NCBI RefSeq assembly: GCF_037042905.1
Contig: NC_087250.1
Span: forward strand, 20,896,001 to 20,960,000
Direction of reading: 5' to 3'
Source of the DNA: Lytechinus pictus
Taxonomy: Eukaryota
DNA length: 64,000 nt
The notes beneath the pieces were generated by a model. It ran no database searches. It worked only from the letters and a program-made list of their open reading frames with translations, and was not told the origin of the DNA. The stretch's first letter is position 1. Each line of letters opens with the position of its first letter. The translations under genes were made by a program, and so were the position numbers. Of the stretch, positions 52,397 through 64,000 are shown in pieces.

Positions 52397-54699
52397 AGAC
52401 TGGTGCCCAGGGGCCAGTCAAATACATTGCTGTACACACGCGTGACCAAAAAAAAAACGCGTTTAAAGGGGGCGTTTTTTTCAGTTTTGGACGAGGGCAA
52501 TGCATGCACTCGTTAATTAAAGATCAAGTCCACCCCCCCCCCAAAAAAAAAGTGTTTGATCTTAATAAATAGAAAAAAGTCAAACTAGCACAACGCTGAA
52601 AATTTCATCAAAATCGGATGTAAAATAAAAAAGTTATGACATTTAAATTTTTGCTTATTTTTCACAAAACAGTGATATACTCAACTCAAATAAGACAGTC
52701 GATGATGTCAATCACTCAATCACTATTTCTTTTGTTTTTTTATTGTTTGAATTATACAATATTTCATTTTTTTATAGATTTGACAATACGGACCAACTTG
52801 ACTTAATATATTATTAAGCAATTCTCATTCTACATTATTCAGGGAGGAATTAACCGTTGTTTCACTTGACAATGAGGAGAAAAATATAATATTCCCTATT
52901 TCATATAATTAAAAAAAAAAGGGAGTGGATGACGTCATCAGTCTTCTCATTTGCATACCCACCAGGATGTGCTTATAACTGTTTTGAGAAATTAAGCAAA
53001 ACGTTAAAATGTCATAACTTTTTTATTTTACATCCGATTTTGACGAATTTTTTAGCGTAATGCTTGTTGGATTAAAAAAAAATCAAATCAACTCTTTTTT
53101 GGGGTGGACTTTTCCTTTAAGGGTATCAATACCGATTAAGAAAAGGTGGTTTTGAAAATCTGGTTAGTACGCAGGGTCAAACGTATTTAGGGTATGTTTT
53201 TCTTGTTTGTGGGCCAAAATGTGAAAATGAAGCCCGCAAAAAACGTTTCTCTATAGGGTTATTTTTCGCACAGAGAGAAACTCGTTTAGGGGTGCTTGGA
53301 AATACGGTCACGCATGCCCCCGGGGGACTGATGGGGGGGGGGGGGGTAACTCGAGGGAGATAGAGAGGTTGAGGTATAGAGAGAGTAGTGAAAGGGGGGC
53401 GACGAAGACAAGAGAGGGGTGGGGATCGAGGGAGGACTCAGAAAGAGATGTGGTGGATATGCATATCTTGACAGACTCAAAAAAATTGGCATTTTTGTTT
53501 GCTGTTAAGATTAGAAAACATGTGTGTGCGTAATACAGACATGAATAATCAGAAAGAATTTAATACGCCTTGGACCGATATTGGACTTCAGGTTCAAATG
53601 GTGCCCTGGGCTTGGTGGCTCTCGCACCCCCCCCCCCCAAAAAAAAAAACACGACCAAATAAAAAAAGAAAGGGAAAAGAAAAGGAAAGGGAGAAGGAAG
53701 AAACACGATATCATATTTTCTTGACATTGTGTGAAAATCTATCACAAACTTTGATTTTAAAATTTCAAAATTTTTGCTCGCTCATGACATTTTTTATAAA
53801 TTGTACGCGGCGTGCCATATCTAGCCCCTCAAGAAATGAAGAGTTTAGTTGCAAAAGGGGTTAGGTCCACTTTGGACCATTCCGAGAAAAACCATGTTTT
53901 TTATGATCACTTATTGCAATACTCTTATGAGAAACTAAATTGTCATGATGTCACTACCTTATCATGTCAACATAAAATTGGGGATAAAAGAAATCTACCT
54001 GTCTTAAATTTTTTTCTATATATTAAAAAAAATTGTCATTGTGCAAGTAATTATCTTTTGCAATTATCTTTTGCAAGTAAACTGTATTGAATCCAATCTC
54101 TTTTGATAAAAAAAGTGATTTTTCTTTGCCACTTTCATTCACGTTTTCATTTGAATTTCATATTGTCTTTGGTATCATCAGAGTGACTAAAAAATTATAG
54201 GTTTAGAGACAGAAAACAATAAAATTTATGAAAAATGGACCTAACCCCTTTTGATAAATGAGTTTTTCAGAAGAGTTTCGTTGCAAAAGGGGTTAGGTCC
54301 ACTCCAAGAAAATCATTTTTAAATTCTCCCATATTGCAATATTCTTATGCGAAACTGAATTATCATGATACCCTACCATGAGAACATGAAATTGGGTATA
54401 AGTGAAATCTACCTGTCTTCATATTTTTTAAAGATATTCTTTTCCAAAAAAATTATGTGTGAACCTAACCCCTTTTGCAACTAAACTGAAATGGACCTAA
54501 CCCCTTTTGAATTTTTTTTTGGCCATTTTAGTTCACTTTTTAATAGGAATTTCAACTTATCTTTGGTATCATTTTATAGAGCTACTAAAAATCTATACAT
54601 TACGACATAAAAATCAAATTTGATGAAAAATTGATTTGACCTAACCTCTTCAAATATTTTGCTCTTTACTCAACTATCGTAAGACGTGGGCTCCCTTTG

Positions 54700-54760
54700 T
54701 AACTATAATTCCACCAGCAGAGGGCGTTTATTAAAATTGTCCTTTTTCTCTTCGACTCGT
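54700..54760 (+). promoter_or_regulatory. RPL12 core promoter: TCT/5'TOP pyrimidine tract, CTCF-like motif
   Basis: CCTTTTTCTCTT at 54741; CCAGCAGAGGGCG at 54714-54726; ACTATAATTCC just upstream. Confidence 0.6.
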
Positions 54761-54861
54761 CAAGAAGTGATTGTGCAACTCTTCGGTCGTTTCCAAAATC
54801 GGATTCATCCGACACTTTCACTTCTATTTTTCAACTGAAAATCCACATTCTTTGAAGAATC

Positions 54862-57800
54862 ATGCCTGCCAAATTCGATCCTAATGAAATCAAAATTGGT
54901 AATTAATATTTAAAGATATTTTATCGATCTCGACATTTGGATGTTACATAGCCATTTTTGTATAGTCCCATCTATCGAACTTTGTGTTGTTGCCTTAATT
55001 TTAGGGCCCACAATTTGTTATATATTTTTAAATGAACATGTGCACTGCAGAGCACTCGCAGTCGCACATTACACAGCACATATTAATAGCAAATGCAAGG
55101 GATAGCGGAGAAGGGGGGGGGGGGGGGTTGGCTGGGGTAGTATGATGGGGTGATCTTGATCATGTTGATTGATGACCAGGGATAGCGGAGAAGGGGGGGG
55201 GGGGGTTGGCTGGGGTAGTATGATGGGGTGATCTTGATCATGTTGATTGATGACCAGGGATAGCGGAGAAGGGGGGGGGGGGGGGTTGGCTGGGGTAGTA
55301 TGATGGGGTGATCTTGATCATGTTGATTGATGACCAGGCATAATTTGCAGTTTTTGGATTTTGCACACAAAAAAATAATGACAATTAACCGGTATGAACA
55401 TGATCGATAAATGCGCCGGAGCTAGCCAGGAGGCTTCCAGAAAATCATTTACTAACGTATGCTTACTCTCAATGAAGCCAGGGATTCGATCCCATTCCTC
55501 TACACGCACCATCGAAAAATCCCAGGCCAAAGTCAAAGAGTTGAACTTTCGTCCCCGAGATTTCTAAAAATTCTAATTTCTACTTCAATCTTAAAAAAGA
55601 TCTAGGCCTAGCCCTAAATCATGTAGGCCTACATGGGAAACAACTTCATTTCCGACATTTCTATGCTACGGTATTGATTTCATTTTAAACAAGAATTCAT
55701 TCAAAAACGAGAAAAAAGTTATGAAAAGATGGGAAATAATTGACTTTGACTTTTTGTGACATTACCCTATGCCTTTTCTGAATGCATCTTTGAATTCCTC
55801 AGACAATTTCCACTCAGAATATATATACTTTTATGGGTATAGGATGTCAAACATAACAAAAAGATGTAATGGTGCGATTTTGTAGGAAAATTTGAGTTGT
55901 ATTGTAAAAACTAATGGAAATGGGCCCAACACAAAACGCATGGCCATATAAAAGTCATTATGACATGGAGCCTTGTTGAACTGCCTGCCATATAATATGT
56001 ATCAGAGACATATGTAAACAAAGATGGATTTCCCTAGGAAATCCATCTTTTATGTTAAAAATCATGTAAATGTTTTTTATTATTTATTTTTACACCTTCA
56101 ATGAATTCATACGCCTAATGAAGGTTTCCAAAATTGGTAAATGAAAAGGCGAAAAATTGAAGGTTTCTTACCAGACCGATCTGGTGTAGATCCCTCGACA
56201 CATGCACATGTCCGTTTGTCAACAAAGCAAATACAATGGTTCTGACCCTTGAACCGTTCGTTATGACGTACCTTCGATTGGTATCAATTAGCGATGTTAC
56301 AAAATGCCGTTTTGAAGAACAATTTATAGATAAAAATTTTAATCACGTATTAAATTTTAGTATTGATTATGATTACAAATGAGGGCTCATACTACCGTCA
56401 GTGAATGGGATGATAGTAAAATGTCAGGAATTGTTAAATAAATCCCCAGAAACGACGGTTATTCCTGTCTAATCGACGTGTAGAGTTGTGTGCCGCAATC
56501 AATTTTGACGATTTAAATTGCGCTCTAAATCGCAAAATAATTGCTTGAATGTTGAGAAAATAACTTATTTCAGCTGCGCAAATGCCGATTTTGATTATCA
56601 CTATCAATAATTTTGATATAGAAATTGGTAAATAATAATTATTTACGGACCTCTTTTGGCTCTAAACATCAAACGTCTTCGTTATGCTGCATGCGATTTT
56701 GTTCAGAAAACAAGCTCGCGTGCATCAACAGCATGCATTTCCAATTCAATTGGCCGATATGTCTGATGTTTGGGAGAGTGCCATATTTTGAAAGGTGTCA
56801 ATTTTCCCGTCGTCTGGAACCCCTGCTTTGGCCAGTGCAGAAAAAAACACTTGTTATTTCCATTTGAATTCAAAATTATTGGGAAAATTGTGTACGTTCT
56901 CTATGGGGACAAAATGTCCCATACGTAACATGTCATTAATTTGTTTAATTAGAGTCTGTAATTAGAGGGTTTTGGCTTGACATGAAACTTGCCTTATAAT
57001 CACTGGCGTAAATCCGTGTTGAGGGGTGGGGGGGATGACTGAAATATTTTGGCTTTTTTTTGTTATCATGTTTTTAGATATACAAGGAATTGTAATTGAT
57101 ATGTCCACAGTGGCATACCGTGGGTCACGGCATTGTGGGGGCACCAGCAAAATTTTCGAATCACTGAGTGAGCGCGCGAAGCGCGCTCGGTTGCTAGTTA
57201 TTCTGACCTAATAGAGACATTTTAAGGACAATATCATTGAACGGATATGTATCTCACCCGGGGGGGCCACTTCCATTGACGAGTGGATACCATGCGCGAC
57301 CATGGGGTCTCGAAAAGCACCCTAAACACGTATTTTCCATATTCTGAAACTGATCAAATAATGCGAGCGCGAAGCGCGAGCTGATTTTTTTATATTCACA
57401 CCTAAGAAGGGACATTATAATCAAATTTGTGTAATCATGATAGGTACCTGTCTCGCTAAACAATGCGAGCGCGAAGCGCGAGCTGAAATTTTCGTATATT
57501 TTGACCCCAAACAGCGAGATTTTAAGGAATATATTTTAGGAATCCATTAAGAGTATGCATATCTCACCATAGTCATCTAATGCAAGTGCCAAGCGCTTGC
57601 TGATTTTATTAGAATTACATCTGAACACATGAAACACTTTTTGTACTCATTGCAATCATGATTATCATACGCATCTCACTAATCAAATATTGCGAGCGTG
57701 AAGCGCGAGCTGAAAATTTAGATAATTTAGATAATTAAGACCTGAAGTGGGGCATTCTAAGGTTTCTTTGTAGGAATTAACTAGGACCATACGTATTTCA

Positions 57801-60800
57801 TTAACCAAATGATGCGAGCGCGAAGCGCGAGCTGAAAATTTTTGATATTCAGATCAGAAGAAGGGACATTTCAAGGACTGATTTTAGGAATTCATGAAGA
57901 GCAGACATATCTCACCAATCCACTAATGCGAACGTAATCACGGAAGGAAATGTTTTTATATGTACGAAGACCTTAACATTGGGCAATCACCTTTTTAATC
58001 ATGTAAAAGAAGCTCATGTCACTACATAAAACAATGATAACTCAAGTGCTAGGAAATATATTTAGTTTATATTGACTTGAAAACGGGATGTTTTAGTACA
58101 ACAAGATTATATATCTCGTTGAACAGACAATGCGAGCACCAGGAACTATGAAGACGTAGGCCCTGGGCAAATTATGTTTCATGAAGTTATGATAAAAATA
58201 TTTCTTATGTAATGTAACAAAATAATTATAATACAACATTATAATGAATAATATTTTCTTCTTTCCCACTACGTTTCTCTTCCTTTCTCCCTCTTTTCTA
58301 TTTTTCCCCATTTCCCCGTTTTTGTTTTGGTCAGCCGATGGGGGGGGGGGGGGGGAGCATGTGCCCCCCATGCCCCCCCCCCCCCCCCGTAGTTACGCCA
58401 CTGTATGTCCATATGGCAAATACCCCTCCAATATTATTATCTTTTTACCCCATGATGGTTTAATTATTTATTAGAGATTACATTGAAAAAAAAATTGACA
58501 TTCCATCTTAATCCCCTCCCAAAGACCCCAACATTGATGAATTGGAAGAAACAGGGATTTCTCTTCAATGTTATAATAAGGACATAAGTATTTCGTTTGG
58601 AAATGGTGAACTGGCTCTTTATTTGCATTTTATGATTCAATAATATTGTTTTATTTGTTAAGCGGTATTTTAGGAAGAATTTTCACCAATAAAACAATTA
58701 TCTCTTGTGATTTTTTTTTTATTTCTTTCGTAAAAAGTGGGGGGGGATGTTTGTACAGGCCATCCCCCCTCCTCGAAAAGTGGGGGGGATATATCCCCCC
58801 CATCCCCCCCGGGATTTACGCCAGTGCTTATAATACTAGAGTGTTGTGACTTCAATCACACTAAGTTACAAGATGTCAAATGAAATAATTTCAGAGAATT
58901 CTCAACTTGAAAAAAATGTTTTAAAAATTGTCTTTTTTCTGCGTCCCATACGTAACGGCACATCTTTTCTCTCTAAAAGGTCATGGTCATAGGTCACCAT
59001 TTTTTGCATCTGTCTACCATCATGAGGGTATTCAATCTAATCAAAGTCATTTAACACTATTTTTCAGGTCATTAAAGCCTCTGAAATGTCCCGTAGGAAA
59101 AGCGCACAAATTCTTGGACTTGTCCATAAATATGTGTGATAATCAACTTCTTTTGCCCAGTTCTTCAACATAGATATATCTCATGTAAATATATTTCAGC
59201 CACATCTTTCATAGGGAATTCAGACTCAGAGCTCTATTTTGTTTTGGTGTCGAATGTCCTAATAGGATGCCTTGGCTGTAGTAGTCTTTGATATATACAC
59301 TGAAGTTAGCCATCAAAATGCAAGCTCGGTGTGAAAGTACCATCTTTGCTTCTGAAAAAGAAAATGGGAATTTGTATATATCCATGGCAATGCATTTATG
59401 AAATTTGATTTTCCCTCCTTTTTTCAGTGTGTCTGAGGGCTGTGGGTGGTGAAGTCGGAGCAACCTCAACTCTTGCCCCTAAGATCGGTCCTCTAGGTCT
59501 GGTGAGTTTTTCATCTTGCAATATTTCATGTGAAATGTGATGATTCTGTGGATGTGACGGTTTTTTTGTGTGTGTGTGGGGGGGGGGGGGGAGGTGGTTC
59601 TGTTCCATAAGACCTGGTATTCTATACATTTCTATGAAACAAAGTATAACTCAGTTCAGCACTTCTACATACAATATGAAGAAAGTCAGATTGTGGTGAA
59701 CAGTGCACACTTCTGTGCCAGCCTGCACGAATCTTTTAACAGTAACGTTGTATAGTTAACAAGCCACCGTTAAACAAATTTTTGGGAAATTTTAAGACAC
59801 TGGATATGCCGTGGCGGAGTGGTCTAAGGCGCCGAATAGACATTTTGAAAGTCCGGGGTTTGACTCCGGCAACGGTACCTATGCTTGGAGCAAGGCATTT
59901 AAATCGGCAGTGCTGTTCTATCCTGCATCAAAATAAATGGAAATGCTACATGCTTTTCCGGAAACTCGGTATGGACTTGTTTAAACAAAAAATAAGGTAC
60001 TGTAAAGATTTAAAGTGTGCATTCATTATTGGAACTTTTATTCATGAACGAAAGCATCTTTATTTCCGAAATGTGAATCAAGGCACTTCTAATGCAAATG
60101 TTCCCAATGAATGTCTAACATTGTCAGAATGTCAGGCGACGTTCACATGCATGTATCAACCTTTTCACCAAAGACTCAGAATGGTGATGAAGGGAATATA
60201 ATTTGTTAACAAATTTTCGGCATTACTCCTATTTGTTTAAGATCAGTATGCTCGATCTGTAAATGAATGAAAGGGAATATAATAAAGGGATGATATTTTT
60301 TGAAACCCCCTTTTCCCCTTGGGGTCCTCATGAGTAGAATTGTTTTAATGAAAAGGTCTGTATGTTTATATTGAAGTTCAAATGTCACACAGAATAATTT
60401 TTCTGGTATCTCCTCGCAATTTGCTCCACATTTTTTAAAGACTACTATACATAAAGTCTTGTATAGCATATTTTTACAAAGGACTGTACATGTACATTAC
60501 CTAGTTGGGAGCCTTTCTCATATGACCAAAAATGCTATTCAAATTTGTAAAGCAAAATTATTCCCTGTCACAATATTTCAAATTCTCTTATTGCACAATA
60601 ATCTTTTATAATACAAACCTTAGTTTCAGACCACCAATATTCCGGATGATTTGGGTACAGAAGGCCTCTCACTCATATGGCCATAAACGGCAGTAGTCAC
60701 AGCAGTTAGGGGGAGAGGGGGTGGCTTGCCAGCGCAGATATATATATATATTTTTGCGTTGGTCATGCTCAATCAATGGCAAGAGATGTGTACTACTCTT

Positions 60801-63454
60801 CTGTGAAGACCCAATTGTTGATCGAATTTTCAAGTAGGGTCTGCACCTGAAGACTAGCTGCTTAATGTTAACTATCTGTGAATGAATGAGTGAGCGAATC
60901 TAATTGAACAGACAGAAGATCTTGGTCTGTAATATGATAGTCAAATCTCTCCACAACAGTCCCCCAAGAAGGTTGGTGATGACATCGCCAAGGCAACCCA
61001 GGAATGGAAGGGTCTGAAGATCACCGTCATGTTGACCATTCAGAACCGTCAGGCCAAGGTCAGTGTGGTCCCAAGTGCTTCGTCCCTCATCATCAGAGCT
61101 CTCAAGGAACCTCCTCGTGATAGAAAGAAGGTCAAGAACAGTAAGTTAAAATGAGAGAGGGGGATAAGAAGGGGGGGGGGTCATTCTCTGCTTGACCATT
61201 TAGAACTGTCAGGTCAAGGCCAGTGTGGTCCCAAGCACTTCGTCTCTCATCATCAGAGCTCTCAAGGAACCTTCTTGTGATAGGAAGAAGATCAAGAACA
61301 GTGAGAAGGGAACACTGCAGGCCTTTCAATATTTCTAGTTGAAGGCCACTTCAAAAGGGCACACTTTGTTTTACAGCACAACTAGCGAAAGTAAAAATAT
61401 GAATCGAAGAAACGTCTCAGGGGTAAACTTGTATAAGTTGACCTTCCAGGAGTCAAGCAAGTTTTTCTACGAGATTATCCAACCATGGGTTAGTCTGCAA
61501 GCACAGACAGACTCATATTTGATACTTCGACCACTAATGGGTCTGAAGGAAAGACTACTGTACATCCATGCGAAAGGCTCTGTCTGGTAGAACCAGCCAT
61601 AGTGACTTTATGCATTATGCACTCTGCGAATTGCAAAATCTACAGGTCTGTGCCTGCAGACTAACCATGGGATATATACCTTCATATATTATAGGTTAAA
61701 TATGTCCCAAGTGAAACTGGTGTCTGATCCCAATAGAATTGACTTTGGCTTAGATACCTGTATTGTCAGTTAATTTCTATATTTCTTTTTTTACCTAGTA
61801 GTGGGTAAGTCCCTGGATCTTGAACTAAAAGGATTGAGGTTCAAATCCCACTGTAGCACTTGACCTTTGACATGGTGATTATCTACATTTTCCACTCTCC
61901 ACCGGGATGTATCTAATATGTGCCAAGTAGGAAGGAATTACTTGAATGTTCGAGCACCTGTTTAGGTTAGCCAATCATAAACCAGGATAATACTATGAAG
62001 CATTTATAAACATTGCATTAACAGAGCTGCGAAGTAGTACTGATATAATGAGAAGAATATTTATGGTTTCATGCAAAATACTGATTTCCGAAGTTCCAGT
62101 TTTATGTGTTGTCCGACTCCTATGGTAGTTATTTGAAAATACTGCTTTCTTCACCAAAATACAGACTTTCAGCTTTTGTAATACTGAAATGTTCTTGTTA
62201 AGGTTGGCAGCTATGTATTGAGTGCTATGTGAATGTTGAGTATAGGTATTATTCATCTTTCTTTCCCTCTCTTCTTGCACAGTCTCACACAGCGGGAACA
62301 TCCCCATCGACGCCATCATCGACATCGCCAGGACGATGAGGGAGCGTTCCATGGCTCGTGAGCTCAAGGGAACAGTCAAGGAAGTCTTGGGAACGGCTCA
62401 GTCTGTAGGATGCACCGTGGAAGGACAGAACCCTCATGATATCATTGAACAGATCAACGATGGAGACATTGAAATCCCAGCGGTGAGTTATTGAGCAGGG
62501 TGTTCTTTGGGGTCTAACAAATGAAATTTTGCCTTGAGATTACATCTTCTCAATGTCATGGGGAGAACTGATTCTGATTCAGACATCATACATTACAAAA
62601 ATCATTTTCATATTTGACATGTCAGTGGGGGAAATCAGAGCTGATCCGGTGGTGATGACACTGCATTGAGTACTGGTTTAAAATGTTGAGCAGTAATAGT
62701 GAAAACCGAGCATTTGAGTAGGAAAATTCAAGTAACATTTGTTATCTCCACCTCCATTTATCCTGTAGTCCCCCCGTTAAGAATGAATTCTGTCAATTTA
62801 ATGGGGTACATTGGTTGCCTTTTGTTGTGCTCTTTTGTCATGTCCCCCTGTGTTCAACGCGAGTGCTGTCTGCGGCAGACCCCTGGGCCCTGTTTCACAA
62901 AGACTTGTTATAATAATGATGGACAATTTCTTTTAACAATTTTACTACAGGTAATAATTTTGCTTTACAAATTTGAATAGCGTTTTGGGTCATTAGAGAA
63001 AAGCTCTCAACTACTAGTAAGTAATTTCCTATGTAAAAAGATGCCATACAAAAGATTATGCATAGCAGTCTTTCAAAATTGTGGAGCAAATTGCGACACG
63101 ATACCAGGAAAATTATTCCCTGTACTATAATCACCCAATCAGATTGAATGATTTCAGTAACTTGTAACTGTTATTGCAAATTTGTTGATATAACAAATTT
63201 TATGAAACCGGGCCCAGGTAGGTGTTTCACAAAGCTATTTATAAAGTTACACAAGACTGGATCATGTTCTTACGTGCTAAGTCAGCTATATAGGGATATA
63301 CGAGTGTGCACGATAAAGGGTTACCAGTCTTTCCTAAAGTCATTCCTAACATACAAACATCTTTATGAAACAACCATCTTGGATTCTTATTAAAACAAGT
63401 AAAAATGTACCCAACTGACACTTTTTTTTTTCCTTTTCTCTCTTGCAGGAATGA
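54862..63454 (+). CDS. RPL12: 60S ribosomal protein L12 (uL11), 165 aa, five coding exons
   Basis: Exons 54862-54898, 59428-59501, 60960-61140, 62283-62482 and 63449-63454 (498 nt, all GT-AG, phases consistent): [165 protein letters not shown]. Confidence 0.98.
55099..55337. repeat. Three tandem ~79-bp G-rich units in RPL12 intron 1
   Basis: GGGATAGCGGAGAAG(G)nTTGGCTGGGGTAGTATGATGGGGTGATCTTGATCATGTTGATTGATGACCA repeated three times. Confidence 0.95.
57001..58826. mobile_element. Nested non-autonomous hAT-type elements in RPL12 intron 1 (inner element 57108-58403)
   Basis: Outer TIR CACTGGCGTAAATCC with TSD CTTATAAT; inner CAGTGGC...GCCACTG with TSD TATGTCCA and repeated GCGAGCGCGAAGCGCGAGCTG. 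Related fragments at ~11379, 22656 and 43328. Confidence 0.85.
59807..59940 (+). mobile_element. Old tRNA-derived SINE remnant (another at ~61795-61990)
   Basis: GTGGCGGAGTGGTCTAAGGCG (A box) and GGTTTGACTCC (B box). Confidence 0.6.
61192..61306 (+). pseudogene. Tandem duplicate of the 3' half of RPL12 exon 3 inside intron 3
   Basis: Close match to 61033-61140 with several C>T changes including CAG>TAG; keeps a donor-like AACA|GTGAG at 61301. Confidence 0.92.
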
Positions 63455-63540
63455 TCTGGACGTGCAAAGCCAGCGGAAGCAAGGAGGCATGATTCTTTGA
63501 TTTCAGTCCAGCATTTAACATCTTGTGCTGTGAATGTGTG

Positions 63541-63546
63541 ATTAAA
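63541..63546 (+). terminator. Probable RPL12 polyadenylation signal
   Basis: ATTAAA 87 nt after the stop codon, with a GT/T-rich tract downstream. Confidence 0.65.
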
Positions 63547-64000
63547 GACATCACAAAAAAAACAACAGCAATGTCCCGTCTGCTTTTGATTTCTGTCAAG
63601 GTGTTTATTTTGATGAGTGGTAATCAGAAGGTTTAAGTGAAAATTACAGATTTTAAGATTTCAGGGCTCGAATGCGAAATCAAAAGGAGCAGGGCCATTT
63701 TTAAAATGGGCATTTTTTTTACCCTTTTTTTTTTTAGTCCAAGGTATTTTTGGAGTTCCTGTGGGGGGGGGGGGCTGCTAGAGGCCCCCCACCCTTGAGA
63801 TCTCAGCCGTTGATCGCGCGATCACACCGAAAATTCGCACGCAAGTTGTCTACAATAATTTACAATATTGTATATTAATTTCTTTCATACAAGTTTCTAA
63901 TTGATTATGCTAATGTATGCGTAATACTTTTTCCTCTAACTCCCTAATAAAGCTCAAAATGTTCAAATTTTTGGTGTAGAAACTATTTCTTGTGTTGGCA

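Noticed and set aside
61993..62379. 128-aa minus-strand ORF (and plus-strand ORFs at 48023 and 11925)
   Set aside because: Antisense shadows of real coding exons.

Overview
Eukaryotic, AT-rich, transposon-dense animal DNA. The repeat types suggest a marine invertebrate, probably a sea urchin (inference). I can support only two host genes, which lie head-to-head in the last third: a spliced GT77/Nucleotid_trans-type glycosyltransferase (minus strand, 49666-47861, 317 aa) and a five-exon 60S ribosomal protein L12 gene (RPL12/uL11, plus strand, 54862-63454, 165 aa). The first ~45 kb has no recognisable host gene. It is an old, diverged array of about 17-18 copies of a ~1 kb non-coding module. 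The array has been expanded by nested duplications (about 9.6-19.8 kb vs 20.9-28.7 kb; 1.7 kb and 2.4 kb tandem blocks) and interrupted by many TEs: an L2 LINE, an internally deleted Gypsy, P-like, Kolobok-like, Harbinger-like and TA-TSD MITEs, a Helentron-type element, L1/Tx1 fragments and SINEs. The module keeps short motifs at near-fixed spacing. On one strand most copies read CRE (type A copies only) ... TAATCGAT ... CTAGA box ... variable AT-rich segment - AAUUUUGG (Sm-site consensus) - covarying stem-loop. This is the layout of a cluster of short Sm-class snRNA-like genes with variable 5' ends, and is the main hypothesis; expression cannot be shown from sequence alone. Other notable items: a 7SL-like SINE head, an apparently deeply conserved RPL12 5'UTR element, and a duplicated RPL12 half-exon that keeps a splice donor.
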